In this document: in pieces, positions 28,896 through 39,209 of the stretch
Layout: every line of letters begins with the position of its first letter
Position numbering within the stretch: the stretch's first letter is position 1
From: Ferroplasma sp.
GTDB lineage: Archaea; Thermoplasmatota; Thermoplasmata; Thermoplasmatales; Thermoplasmataceae
Assembly: GCF_031200575.1 (NCBI RefSeq)
Contig: NZ_CP133597.1
Span: 1,732,571-1,796,570, forward strand
Reading direction: 5' to 3'
Length of the DNA: 64,000 nucleotides
The notes under the pieces: model-generated
Database searches by the model: none
The model's input: only the letters and a program-made list of their open reading frames with translations
Told to the model about the DNA's origin: nothing
Made by a program: the position numbers and the translations under genes

Positions 28896-29621
28896 TTAAG
28901 ATGTACTTTCTAGACCATATTTCCTGTAGAAATCCCGTAAGGCACCTGATTTTATGGTATCAAAAACCTTTTTTGATTCTATGTCTGAGTTTTCTGTTAA
29001 AACCCAGGAAAATTTTTTTCCATTTTTATCAAGAATGCAATAATTAAATTTCCAGTATTTCGCCTCGCTCTCCCACAGAATTCCATAATTGGCCTGCCCG
29101 GATAAAATTCTCTGGGGTATTTCCCTGTGGTGTAGATCGCATATTATGGCCTCCCCCTTAAGGTCCCCATAATAGCCACATTGTTTTTCATAATATTTTT
29201 TAAACACCATCCCTATAGATGATAACTGGGGATTAGGTATTGCAAGACCTTTTCTGTCGATTTCACATAGTTCCGGTTTATTGCCCTTACCGGACCATGC
29301 AATGCACATACGATCCTGAAAAGCTGGAAATCTGTCACTCATATTCATCCTGCGGATTAATTCGTTATCAATGCAGATTATATGTGGAACACCGGCTATT
29401 TGCAGGTTCCCAAGAGAAATTGGAACGCCATTTGCCCTTTTCCTCACAAGTACTGAGGGCAGTGTTTCGACGTAGATCTTGATCCCTGCAGAGGAAAAAT
29501 ATGAGATGATTTGAGGTACTATAAACCACTGGCTCCCTGATACAGAGATTTTGACTCCGTCAGTATATCCAAAAAAATCAGAAACAATATCAAATCCCGG
29601 AGATGCAAATTTCATAGGCAA
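28896..29621 (-). CDS. periplasmic-binding-protein-fold (ModA/SBP_bac_11-like) protein lacking a signal peptide
   Basis: Pattern ISVSGSQWFIVPQIISYF ... GLAIPNPQLSSIGMVF ... ILSGQANYGILWESEA resembles type II solute-binding proteins. No hydrophobic leader and no adjacent transporter genes. Weak call. Confidence 0.35.
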   Translation of the reverse strand: MPMKFASPGFDIVSDFFGYTDGVKISVSGSQWFIVPQIISYFSSAGIKIYVETLPSVLVRKRANGVPISLGNLQIAGVPHIICIDNELIRRMNMSDRFPAFQDRMCIAWSGKGNKPELCEIDRKGLAIPNPQLSSIGMVFKKYYEKQCGYYGDLKGEAIICDLHHREIPQRILSGQANYGILWESEAKYWKFNYCILDKNGKKFSWVLTENSDIESKKVFDTIKSGALRDFYRKYGLESTS

Positions 29622-29994
29622 TGATATTATAGATATATAAATATGTTATTTGTGTCATGATATTATGGAATATGACAAATATGAAAATGTATACTTCAAT
29701 TTATTGCCTTTTGATTTTGTTACTGAATTTTCAAGATTTAATAATATCGTGATAAATAATAAAAAATTTAAGTTTATACGAAGTTGCGATTACATATTCA
29801 TTCTTTGTATCAGTTTTGTTGGTTTTCGACTTAAATATACAAGAGCCGTTAAGATAATAGATAAATTTTGAAATCTTTTGAGTGAATTATGAAATCTTAC
29901 AAAATATACATAATTTCGTTTTTTTTTGATTTATTCTACAAAAATAATAACGTATTTATAAGTTAAATGTATATACGAATTGTAGGGTGAAAGT

Positions 29995-30315
29995 ATGGTA
30001 CAGAATAAATTACAGACTGTCAATTCAGTTGAAAGTGATGAAGAAAAGAATGTGGTAGTTAGAACATACATGGGCAGGCCTTCCAAATTGCACGAGAACC
30101 AGATGTGCATACTGAAAAACTGCATAGAAGATAAAAAAGTTTGCACCGTACGTGAAATCCAGAAATATATAGAAGATGAGTTTGACGTTACATATTCATC
30201 AAAGGAAGTCAGGGAAATTCTCAGGAAATTTAACCTTAATTATTATCCATTATTGAGAAAATATACATATGCCAGCTACTATAATGAGAAAATTATTAAA
30301 AAATTTGATTTTTAA
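29995..30315 (+). CDS. HTH protein resembling the N-terminal DNA-binding part of IS630-type transposases (remnant; no DDE domain follows)
   Basis: GRPSKLHENQMCILKNCIEDKKVCTVREIQKYIEDEFDVTYSSKEVREILRKFNLNY matches the GRPxKL...HTH...fgv.vS...v.R.Lkk layout. It sits in an AT-rich non-coding surround. Confidence 0.4.
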   Translation: MVQNKLQTVNSVESDEEKNVVVRTYMGRPSKLHENQMCILKNCIEDKKVCTVREIQKYIEDEFDVTYSSKEVREILRKFNLNYYPLLRKYTYASYYNEKIIKKFDF

Positions 30316-30446
30316 TTATTTCCATATTTGATTTTTATCTGGAATTATACCGGTAATGGCAGATCTTACAATCCGAACGGAATTTCAGACCTTTATATTC
30401 TTGCATATTACTTTGTATAAAAAGCACAGAGTCCCATGGTTATTGC

Positions 30447-31253
30447 ATGGTAGGATCAGTGCAGGCAATATTCTTATTAGGTTGTGATAAATTAATGGCA
30501 ATGGATATATATAACTATATAAAATCAAATTTCACCGCAGTAGGCCACAGAGGGCTGCCATCAAAATATATGGAAAATACCATGGAGTCTTTTGAAAATG
30601 CATTTAAATTCACAAACATTGTTGAACTTGACGTTCATCTTAGCAGCGATAATGAAGTATTTATAATACATGACTTTAATCTGGAAAGGCTTGCGTCACT
30701 TAATAAAGAAATAGAAAGCATGAATTCCAGAGAAATCTATGATATTAGGGTTGGAAATCAAAAAATTCCAAGATTAAAGGATCTTTTAAGAGAACACAGG
30801 GACAGATATTTTCTTGTGGAATTAAAAACAGTGCATGACGATGGCTATATTATCAAGAATGAGCTGCCAATGCGCACCCTTGATGTAATAAAGGAAACCG
30901 GAATGAGGGACCATGTATGCATTATTTCTTTTGACCCATATGCAATCAAACAAGCGAGGGAATTGAATAGCACTATTATGCTGGGACTTGATTACGATAG
31001 CCATTCAGAAAAATATATGGGAAAGATAGATTGCAGGGACCTGGAGTCCATGGATGTATCACTTTATCTGCCGGAATTCAAGGAAGAGTATATTGAGAAA
31101 TTTATAAAAATCCATGAGGCAGGTTATTCCGTTTTGCCATGGACAGTTGATGAACCTGAGGATGCATATAAGATATGCAATGCAGGATTAAACGGATTTA
31201 TTACAAATAGGGTGGATGCTATGCCTGGAAGTTGTGGACATGATAAAAAATAA
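30447..31253 (+). CDS. glycerophosphodiester phosphodiesterase (GDPD family)
   Basis: VGHRGLPSKYMENTMESFENA, ELDVHLSSDNEVFIIHD, PWTVDEP. The true start may be Met at 30495. Confidence 0.85.
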   Translation: MVGSVQAIFLLGCDKLMAMDIYNYIKSNFTAVGHRGLPSKYMENTMESFENAFKFTNIVELDVHLSSDNEVFIIHDFNLERLASLNKEIESMNSREIYDIRVGNQKIPRLKDLLREHRDRYFLVELKTVHDDGYIIKNELPMRTLDVIKETGMRDHVCIISFDPYAIKQARELNSTIMLGLDYDSHSEKYMGKIDCRDLESMDVSLYLPEFKEEYIEKFIKIHEAGYSVLPWTVDEPEDAYKICNAGLNGFITNRVDAMPGSCGHDKK

Positions 31254-31333
31254 CAATAAATGATTCTGTTACTATCAAAGGGCTATATGTGTCCCATAAG
31301 AAAAATATTAATGCTTTTAGCTATTAAGAGAAC

Positions 31334-33037
31334 ATGGATAATTTCTGGGATATAAAAGCAAGGGAAATAATGCAATCCTTCACTGAAGATAAAAATTATG
31401 AAAAATGGAAGGAGACGGTATTAAATCCGTGGAACAAAAAAACCGGTTATAAGGATAAAACCATGGAAAATTCATCAGCAATGCCCGTAAAGGAGCTTTA
31501 CACGGCCGGAGACCTTCCCAGAGATGCTTCAGAGAGAATTGGATATCCAGGTGAATACCCGTTTACACGTGGCATATACCCAAATATGTACAGGGGAAGA
31601 AACTGGACCATGCGTATGTTTTCAGGTTTCGGAACGCCGGATGATACAAATAAGAGGCTTAAGTATTTAATTGAAAATGGCGAGACAGGTTTGAGTATCG
31701 CATTTGATATGCCCACCCTTTATGGTTATGACTGTGACAGCAGCAGGGCAGAGGGTGAGGTAGGCAAATGCGGTGTTAATGTTTCCTCACTTTATGACAT
31801 GGAGCGAATATTTGATGGCATAGACCTTTCAAAGGTAAGCACATCCATGACAATAAATGCCCCTGCAGCCATACTGACTGCAATGTATTTTGTACTGGCA
31901 GAGAAAAAGGGCATTCCATTAGAAAAAATTTCAGGAACAGTACAGGCAGACATACTGAAGGAATACATAGCCCAGAAAGAATGGATGTATCCGCCTGAGA
32001 CCCACCTTAGGTTGATCAGGGACATGCTTGTATATTCAACAGAACATGTTCCCAAATGGAATTATATAAGTGTTTCAGGATACCACATAAGGGAGGCTGG
32101 GTCCAGCGCTGTCCAGGAGCTTGCATTTACACTTGCAGATGGTTTTTATTACATCGAGATGGGCATAAATGCAGGACTGAAAGTGGATGATTTTGCACCG
32201 AGAACATCATTTTTCTTCAATTCATCCATTAATTTCTTCGAAGAAATCGCAAAATTCAGGGCAGCAAGGCGCATATGGGCAACTGTGCTTAAGGAAAAAT
32301 ATCACGCAAAAAATCCAAAAAGCATGGCATTGAAATTCCATACACAAACATCCGGTTACACGCTGACATGGCAGCAGCCCCTGAACAACATAGTCAGAAC
32401 AACAATTGAGGCAATGGCAGCTGTTCTTGGAGGGACTCAGAGCCTGCATACCAATTCCTATGATGAGGCCTGGGCACTTCCAACTGATGACGCAGTAAAG
32501 GTTGCGCTCAGGACACAGCAGATAATAGCAGAGGAAACTGGGATAACTGATGTTATTGATCCCCTGGGTGGTTCCTATTATTTGGAGAGGCTGACATGTG
32601 AGATGGAGATCGAGGCGTACAAATACTTCTCAGAAATTGAGAAGATGGGCGGAATCCTCGAAGCCGTGAAGTCCGGTTATTTGCAGAAAGAAATAGCTGA
32701 CACATCCTATAAAAAACAGCTCAAAATAGAAAGGGGAGATGACATAATAGTCGGGGTAAACAAGTATGTCGACAGGGATGAAAAGCCAATAAATACCCTG
32801 AAGATTACGGATGTGGCAGAGAAAGGGCAGATAAATAGCCTCGAGAATGTCAAAAAGAACCGCGATCAGTCCAAAGTCTCAAGGTCCCTTGAGGAACTCC
32901 ATAAAGCAATGGAAGATGATAGGATAAATCTCATGCCATATATAATGGAATGTGTGAGAAATTACTGCACCCTGGAAGAAATATCAAATGTGGGGAGGGA
33001 GATATTCGGTGAGTGGAAAGAGCCAAAAATATACTGA
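31334..33037 (+). CDS. methylmalonyl-CoA mutase, large (catalytic) subunit
   Basis: YPGEYPFTRGIYPNMYRGRNWTMRMFSGFG, LSIAFDMPT, the TQTSGYTLT region; 567 aa. Confidence 0.9.
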   Translation: MDNFWDIKAREIMQSFTEDKNYEKWKETVLNPWNKKTGYKDKTMENSSAMPVKELYTAGDLPRDASERIGYPGEYPFTRGIYPNMYRGRNWTMRMFSGFGTPDDTNKRLKYLIENGETGLSIAFDMPTLYGYDCDSSRAEGEVGKCGVNVSSLYDMERIFDGIDLSKVSTSMTINAPAAILTAMYFVLAEKKGIPLEKISGTVQADILKEYIAQKEWMYPPETHLRLIRDMLVYSTEHVPKWNYISVSGYHIREAGSSAVQELAFTLADGFYYIEMGINAGLKVDDFAPRTSFFFNSSINFFEEIAKFRAARRIWATVLKEKYHAKNPKSMALKFHTQTSGYTLTWQQPLNNIVRTTIEAMAAVLGGTQSLHTNSYDEAWALPTDDAVKVALRTQQIIAEETGITDVIDPLGGSYYLERLTCEMEIEAYKYFSEIEKMGGILEAVKSGYLQKEIADTSYKKQLKIERGDDIIVGVNKYVDRDEKPINTLKITDVAEKGQINSLENVKKNRDQSKVSRSLEELHKAMEDDRINLMPYIMECVRNYCTLEEISNVGREIFGEWKEPKIY

Positions 33038-33455
33038 AGCACCAATAAAGATTCTGCTGGCTAAACCTGCTATAGATGGACATGACCGTGGCATATTTGT
33101 CCTTGCAAAGGCTTTCAGGGATGCCGGTATGGACGTTATCTATGCTGGACTTTTGCCAACACCTGAGGAAGTTGTGGATACCGCGATAAATGAGGATGTA
33201 GACGTAATTGCGCTCAGCCTTTTGAATGGAGCCCATATGACCGCGTTCAGAAATGTAATGGAAATACTCAAAAAAAGGGGTGTAAATGATATTGCAGTGG
33301 TTGGTGGTGGAATCATCCCCGATGAAGACAAACCTGCCCTTGAGAGGATGGGAATAACTGGAAATTTTGGCCCTGGTACACCCCTGAACATCATAATAGA
33401 TCATATTAAGGCAAGGGCCAGGGAAATAAGGAAATTGAGAGAAAATGAATACTGA
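33009..33455 (+). CDS. methylmalonyl-CoA mutase, B12-binding small subunit
   Basis: KILLAKPAIDGHDRG (DxHxxG cobalamin motif). GTG at 33009 is preceded by GGGAGG at a typical Shine-Dalgarno distance of about 9 nt. The ORF track's alternative ATG is at 32988. Confidence 0.85.
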   Translation: MSGKSQKYTEAPIKILLAKPAIDGHDRGIFVLAKAFRDAGMDVIYAGLLPTPEEVVDTAINEDVDVIALSLLNGAHMTAFRNVMEILKKRGVNDIAVVGGGIIPDEDKPALERMGITGNFGPGTPLNIIIDHIKARAREIRKLRENEY

Positions 33456-34365
33456 AATGCTGGCTCAGGGCATACTGAATGGAGATTACAGGGCCATGGC
33501 CAGATCAATATCCCTAATAGAAAACTCAGGTTATGAGGTAAGAAAGGCCATAATTAAAAGGATATACGGGCATGGCAATGCAAAGGTCATTGGGATCACG
33601 GGGCCGCCAGGGGTAGGAAAAAGCACAGCAATAGGGAATCTGGCGCCTTTACTTGCTGACCATGGAAAGGTTGCGGTTCTGGCAATTGACCCTGCAAGCC
33701 CCTTCTCGGGAGGTGCCATACTTGGAAACCGCATAAGGATGCAGTCCGCATTGAGCAGGCAGGGGATATATATGAGGAGCACTTCAAACAGGCTTTACAA
33801 TGGTGGACTCTCAGAATACACGTGGGATATCGTAAAGGTTCTGGAAGCTGCCGGGAATGATTATATAATCCTTGAAACTGTTGGCTCTGGGCAGGCTGAT
33901 ATAGATATTATGAACATAGCTGATGTGACATGCGTATTCCTTGCCCCAGGATTGGGGGATGAGATACAGGCAATAAAATCTGGAATAATGGAAATAGGTG
34001 ATATCTTTGTGATCAACAAAATAGACAGGGAGGGGTCTTATCTAGCAATCAAGGACATAAAAGAATCCCTTAGCATTAGCAATAAACTGGAAACCCCTGT
34101 TATCGGCGTTAATTCACTTACTGGTGATCACTATGAGGAACTGGTGCAGAGCATACTGAAGATGCACAACAGGAATCCACGGGAAAAATATTACAAAAAA
34201 CTTAAGCTGGTTGTCATGGAGGCTATTTACCATGAATATTCAAATTATGTTGACAGTATAGAATTTGGGGATAAACCCTTAAAGGAAGACCCATATACAA
34301 TGGCCGAGGAAATCCTTGCAAGGCATGTGGCAAGGCCAGATGGGCTTAAGGGCAGGGAAGTATAG
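33445..34365 (+). CDS. meaB: MeaB/ArgK-type G3E GTPase (methylmalonyl-CoA mutase chaperone)
   Basis: P-loop GITGPPGVGKST, ETVGSGQ and NKID motifs. It overlaps the mutase small-subunit stop. Confidence 0.85.
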   Translation: MNTEMLAQGILNGDYRAMARSISLIENSGYEVRKAIIKRIYGHGNAKVIGITGPPGVGKSTAIGNLAPLLADHGKVAVLAIDPASPFSGGAILGNRIRMQSALSRQGIYMRSTSNRLYNGGLSEYTWDIVKVLEAAGNDYIILETVGSGQADIDIMNIADVTCVFLAPGLGDEIQAIKSGIMEIGDIFVINKIDREGSYLAIKDIKESLSISNKLETPVIGVNSLTGDHYEELVQSILKMHNRNPREKYYKKLKLVVMEAIYHEYSNYVDSIEFGDKPLKEDPYTMAEEILARHVARPDGLKGREV

Positions 34366-34493
34366 GATGAATATAATGAATAGAAATATAAAGAGAAATA
34401 GTGGTGGATTAGGTTTTTTATATTTAACGCCTGAAAAAACTGTATCCTAAATACTAACGTAAACTTTTAGTACTCATGATTTATATTTGAAAT

Positions 34494-34874
34494 ATGTACA
34501 GACCGTTAAAATATTACTCTGACGAGTTTATGAAAAATATTAACAACAGGGCTAGAGAAATAATGAGCTACATGTACCCGCCGGTTACAGTGTATGAGGA
34601 CAATGGATACATAGGAATAGATGCAGACCTTCCTGGCTTTGACAGAAATGATATAAAGGTTACAATTGAGAAGAATGCTATTGTAATAAGGGCTGATCGT
34701 GAAATCAAGCCAGATGGAACAGTATTCGAAAACCAGAGGCCTGACAAAGTTTTCAAGAGAATGCAACTGCCTCTTGAGGTAGATACCGAACAGGATTTCA
34801 CAGCAAAATACACCGATGGCGTGCTCTCATTAAGAATACCTGTAAAGAATGTAAAAACAGTAAAAATTGAATGA
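34494..34874 (+). CDS. Hsp20/alpha-crystallin small heat-shock protein
   Basis: DLPGFDRNDIKVTIEKNAIVIRADRE ... FKRMQLP ... KYTDGVLSLRIP. Confidence 0.85.
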   Translation: MYRPLKYYSDEFMKNINNRAREIMSYMYPPVTVYEDNGYIGIDADLPGFDRNDIKVTIEKNAIVIRADREIKPDGTVFENQRPDKVFKRMQLPLEVDTEQDFTAKYTDGVLSLRIPVKNVKTVKIE

Positions 34875-34915
34875 AATTTTATATCTAAACAAAATTTATT
34901 TTTAGAATCTATCGA

Positions 34916-36442
34916 TTATTTCCTTAAGGTTAAAACCATAACTATGATGTCTGCTGCCATTATTATATATGAAACCACTGGATGTATTCTTGAAAATAAA
35001 ACCATGGCAATAAATACTGCAGATAGAAACACTGTTGCTGGGAGTTTCCTATTTTCCTGGACAGGCATTTCCTGTTCCTCCAGCCTCCTCTTAAGAAGTG
35101 GAAGTACATCAAAGCCCTTTTCTATTGATATTACAGCCTTCTGTGCAAATTCGTTCAGTTCTTTCATATACAATTCCTGAAGCATGCCCTCGTTGTAAAG
35201 TATATCCCTCAAAACAATCACAAACTTGAAATTCGGGTCCAGCGTTTTGCAGATGCCCTCAAGAAGTGATGACATTCTCATATACAGTACCAGTTCCCTT
35301 GGGAGATGGAACGGGAACTCAAAGATTACATTATTTGCTATTGCAAGAAGCTCCCTGATATCCATTTCGTTTACATTTGTACCTGAGAGATTGGCTATGG
35401 ATAGCTCTATTCCTTTTCGTACTATGCCCCTGTTAGCAGCAGGGGAAAGTGCGTTAAGCTGGATCAGCGAATCCATAATAGTATCAGGATCCTTGTTAAT
35501 CAGTCCATCGTACAGTTTTAACAGCTTAAATCTGGTATCATCGTCAAGCTTCCCCACCATGCCAAAATCGTAAAGAATAATTCTGCCCTCTGTGGAAATT
35601 GATATATTCCCTGGGTGTGGGTCTGCATGGAATATATCATTGCGCAGGAGCATGCGAATGAAAGTTATATCAAGATCATGTGCAAGCTTCGGTAGGTCTA
35701 TGCCATATTCACTGAGTTTTTTAACATCCGTAACCTTTATTCCCTCAATATATGTAAGTATCAAAACCTGTTTTGAGGCAAACAGAACGTCAGGTATGAT
35801 TATGTCGTATTTCTTTATATTGGTCCTGATTCTCCTTATGTTATCTGCCTCTATGAGATAGTTTGTTTCATCATATATCCTGGCTGAAAAATCGGAAATG
35901 ACGTTAGAGATACTTATATACAGAAAGTTATCCATGAATCTCTTGAAAAGGTCCAGTAGTTTTTTGATAATAATCAAATCTCTCCTTAGCACCCTGTCTA
36001 TGTCGTGCCTGTTAACCTTTACAGCTGCATCAATGCCCCTGTATTTTGCCCTGTAAACCTGTCCCAGGGAAGCCCCAGATATTGCATTCTCATTGAATTC
36101 ATCAAAAACCTTGTCAAGATTTCCAACATTTTCCTCTATTATTCTGCGGGCATAGGCAAAGTTGTCCGGCGGGACCTTATCCTGAAGGTCTGAAAATGCC
36201 TTTAAATATTCTTTCGGCAGGAGATCGGGTCGCGCTGAAAGGACCTGCCCCAGCTTGATAAATGTTGGGCCCAGCTGGATAAATGTGTTCACAGCAATTC
36301 TGCCATGCTTTTCTATTCTGTAATCGTATTCCTCCTGCCTTCTGGAACGTTTTCTATCTGAGCTGAATTTAATAAATACGGGCAGAAGCTTAAATAAGTA
36401 TCTGATTTCTGTAACCTTAATATTTTTAACGTCATCGTTCAC
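34916..36442 (-). CDS. ABC1/UbiB (AarF) atypical kinase family protein with C-terminal TM segment
   Basis: FIKLGQVLSARPDLLPKEY, ASLGQVYRAK, the FHADPHPGNI catalytic loop, YDFGMVG. Confidence 0.85.
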   Translation of the reverse strand: MNDDVKNIKVTEIRYLFKLLPVFIKFSSDRKRSRRQEEYDYRIEKHGRIAVNTFIQLGPTFIKLGQVLSARPDLLPKEYLKAFSDLQDKVPPDNFAYARRIIEENVGNLDKVFDEFNENAISGASLGQVYRAKYRGIDAAVKVNRHDIDRVLRRDLIIIKKLLDLFKRFMDNFLYISISNVISDFSARIYDETNYLIEADNIRRIRTNIKKYDIIIPDVLFASKQVLILTYIEGIKVTDVKKLSEYGIDLPKLAHDLDITFIRMLLRNDIFHADPHPGNISISTEGRIILYDFGMVGKLDDDTRFKLLKLYDGLINKDPDTIMDSLIQLNALSPAANRGIVRKGIELSIANLSGTNVNEMDIRELLAIANNVIFEFPFHLPRELVLYMRMSSLLEGICKTLDPNFKFVIVLRDILYNEGMLQELYMKELNEFAQKAVISIEKGFDVLPLLKRRLEEQEMPVQENRKLPATVFLSAVFIAMVLFSRIHPVVSYIIMAADIIVMVLTLRK

Positions 36443-36776
36443 CGTTGCAAATTCATAACAGGTTTTTAAGGTTACGGTTTCTTAAAACCACATTAATAAC
36501 AACCTTTAGGGTATATCATATTTAAAATTCTTCTATGCCTGCACTTCCTTGGGCAAGACCAATACTTCCTCCAGTTTACACAAACTTCATGATTCCCATT
36601 ATGAAATATTATAGGGTGCATTTATATCTACATGTATAAGAGTCCCATTTGCTGATCTTAATATAAACATCCTTTTTCATAGAAGGGGGAAGCCCAGATA
36701 TTTAGAGATGGGAGAATGCCACACCTGTTAAAAAAATTTATAAAAAAAAATAAATCCAGGTTCATTATTAGATAAC

Positions 36777-37427
36777 ATGAAAAGTACGGAAATATCCCCT
36801 TCGATAATTTCAAGCAATCTGCTGGAACTGGGAAATCAGGTAAAAGAATGCCAGAGGGCAGGGGCCGGGTCATTTCACCTGGATGTTATGGACGGACATT
36901 TTGTTAATAACATTACAATTGGCCCTGATGTGGTTTCAGCTGTGAGAAGGGCAACTAATCTGCGCCTTGACTGCCATCTAATGATTGAAAGGCCAGACAG
37001 GTATTATAAATCCTTCATTGATGCAGGATGTGATGTCCTTCTAATTCATTATGAAACCCCAATTGAAGTAGGCAATTTCCTGAAGAAACTTGAAGATGAA
37101 AATATACGCCATGGTATAGTAATTAACCCTGATACCGACATAAAAAAAATTTATAAATTTGTTCCAACATCTGAAATTGTTCTTATTATGTCTGTGTATC
37201 CGGGGTTTTCAGGTCAAAAATTTATTGAAAAGTCTCTTGATAAGGTGAGAGAGTTAAGAAAGTTTATAGATGAAAACAATTACAGTGCAAAAATAGAGAT
37301 AGATGGAGGTATAAACGCGGAAACTGGAAAACTGGCCCGGGAAGCCGGTGCTGAAATACTGGTATCAGCCTCATATATTTTCCATAATAATATTGAGGAT
37401 AGTATAAAAAAATTGAAGTCCTTATAG
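36777..37427 (+). CDS. rpe: ribulose-phosphate 3-epimerase
   Basis: SIISSNLLELGNQVKE...HLDVMDGHFVNNITIGP, PGFSGQKF, EIDGGIN. Confidence 0.9.
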   Translation: MKSTEISPSIISSNLLELGNQVKECQRAGAGSFHLDVMDGHFVNNITIGPDVVSAVRRATNLRLDCHLMIERPDRYYKSFIDAGCDVLLIHYETPIEVGNFLKKLEDENIRHGIVINPDTDIKKIYKFVPTSEIVLIMSVYPGFSGQKFIEKSLDKVRELRKFIDENNYSAKIEIDGGINAETGKLAREAGAEILVSASYIFHNNIEDSIKKLKSL

Positions 37428-38375
37428 GTTAAGGACTATTCTGCCATTGATTCTATCCCTGAATGCATGGAGTGCTTCCTTTATATCCCATAGGCTATAT
37501 TCCTTATAGACAGGAAGATCAAAATGCCTGGCTTCCATAAGTGATAGCAGTTCTGATAAATCTTTCCTGGTGCCACCTGTGGAGCCTATAATTTTCAATT
37601 CGTTTGTGTATATACTAGCTATGTCCGTATCCGCAATTTTTCCTGTGAGAACCCCGTATGTAACTATCCTGCCCTTTCTCTTCAGGTGGTTCATGGAATC
37701 ACTGAAAAGTTTCCCTCCTAGGGGATTTATTATTATATCTGCACGGAAATCCTCTGGAATTGAATTGAATACAGTTATACCTGAAGATTCAAGCCCCTTG
37801 TTTCTGGAGTATACATAAACATGGAGACCCATATACCTTGCTATCTGGACCGTGAATATTCCTGTATTGCCTGCACCATATACAAGTATTTTTTCATTAA
37901 CAAGTGGGTTTGCAAGTTTCAATGCCCTGTAGGATGTTAGTGCACCTATGCCCACACTTACCGCAGTATTGTCATCCATGCTGTCAGGGACCCTGAACAG
38001 GTTCTGTTCTCCGATCCTGATAAATTCTGAATAACCACCGTTAGAAATCACGCCCCATATCCCGCCATTATAGCAAAGATGTTCATTGCCGGAATAACAC
38101 ATATCGCAGCTGCCATCAAAAATTCTGTTATATACGATTACCCTATCGCCCTTCTTCACGTACTTTCCATCTTCCATGGCAATACCCATAACTTCTGAAC
38201 CAGGTATATGGGGCATGGGATTTACATTATATACAACCTTTCCATCAATGAGATTGTAATCAAGTGGGTTGAGCCCTGCCTTGACAACCTTAATTTTTAT
38301 GCCATTGCCCTCAAGATTTCTGTCAGCCACATGAATATTCTCTATTCCAGGTTTTGAAAACTCTATAACCTTCAT
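37422..38375 (-). CDS. zinc-type medium-chain alcohol dehydrogenase/reductase
   Basis: PHIPGSEVMG, GDRV, the structural-Zn Cys cluster CDMCYSGNEHLC and the Rossmann motif VYGAGNTG. Confidence 0.8.
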   Translation of the reverse strand: MKVIEFSKPGIENIHVADRNLEGNGIKIKVVKAGLNPLDYNLIDGKVVYNVNPMPHIPGSEVMGIAMEDGKYVKKGDRVIVYNRIFDGSCDMCYSGNEHLCYNGGIWGVISNGGYSEFIRIGEQNLFRVPDSMDDNTAVSVGIGALTSYRALKLANPLVNEKILVYGAGNTGIFTVQIARYMGLHVYVYSRNKGLESSGITVFNSIPEDFRADIIINPLGGKLFSDSMNHLKRKGRIVTYGVLTGKIADTDIASIYTNELKIIGSTGGTRKDLSELLSLMEARHFDLPVYKEYSLWDIKEALHAFRDRINGRIVLNL

Positions 38376-38430
38376 AGCATAATATGAAATAAGGCTATTA
38401 AAGTATTATCTAGTTTTTCATATTAAAAAA

Positions 38431-39120
38431 TTATTTTTGGTTCTCAATTTCTGCCTTAAGTGATTTCAATGAGATGTCCTCTGGTGTGGATTTCAGGGCA
38501 CCGGTTACCACTTCAAGTGCCTTATCCCTTCTGCCCATTAAAAGATATATGTGTGCCTGGTCTATGTAATACTGAGGGTTTCTGGCCAGTTTCAGGCAAT
38601 CCTCGATGTCGCCAAGTGCATCCTCATATCTTTTCAGCTGAGTAAATATCTGCGACCTTTTATAAAGAAATACCGGGTCTGAGGAATTCAGGTAAACGGC
38701 CTTATTATAATCCTCCAGTGCAAGATCATGCTCTCCCATTTTCCAGTAAACATTTCCCCTATTGTAATAATAATCCGGCACATCATCCTCTATTTTTATT
38801 GCAGCATCAAACTCATGCATTGCATCTTCCAGCTTATTCATGTCGTCGTATATTGACCCAAGTGTGTTGTGGTAATCTCCACGATCGCTGCTTAGCTCTA
38901 TAGCCTTCTTGCAGTCCTTAATAGCGTCATTGTACATTCTCATGGAATAATATGCCAGTGCCCTGTTGATATAATAATCCGGGTCTGTCTTTATTAAATT
39001 AATTGCCTTTGTAAATTCCTTGACAGCATCTGCGTACTGGGTTACATTGAAATATGATATTCCCCTCTCGTTATAATCGTCTGCTTCATCATCCTTTTTA
39101 TATACATAATTTCCCGCCAT
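38431..39120 (-). CDS. TPR repeat protein
   Basis: Successive 34-aa repeats (A..Y.KA..L.P....YYNRG). The start is set at MAGNYVYKK because the upstream 11 codons of the ORF-track model are TATA-like AT-rich sequence. Confidence 0.75.
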   Translation of the reverse strand: MAGNYVYKKDDEADDYNERGISYFNVTQYADAVKEFTKAINLIKTDPDYYINRALAYYSMRMYNDAIKDCKKAIELSSDRGDYHNTLGSIYDDMNKLEDAMHEFDAAIKIEDDVPDYYYNRGNVYWKMGEHDLALEDYNKAVYLNSSDPVFLYKRSQIFTQLKRYEDALGDIEDCLKLARNPQYYIDQAHIYLLMGRRDKALEVVTGALKSTPEDISLKSLKAEIENQK

Positions 39121-39209
39121 ATTATATCGTATATAAAAGGAATATATTAACATTAAGTGGGAATAAACATGAAAAAAGTTAATAATAATTCAACCAATTA
39201 CTGTCTAAA

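Noticed and set aside
30447-30494. Lipobox-like LLGC near the N-terminus of the GDPD ORF
   Set aside because: Only about 9 residues precede it, with no charged n-region or adequate hydrophobic core. These codons are more likely upstream of the true start (Met at 30495).
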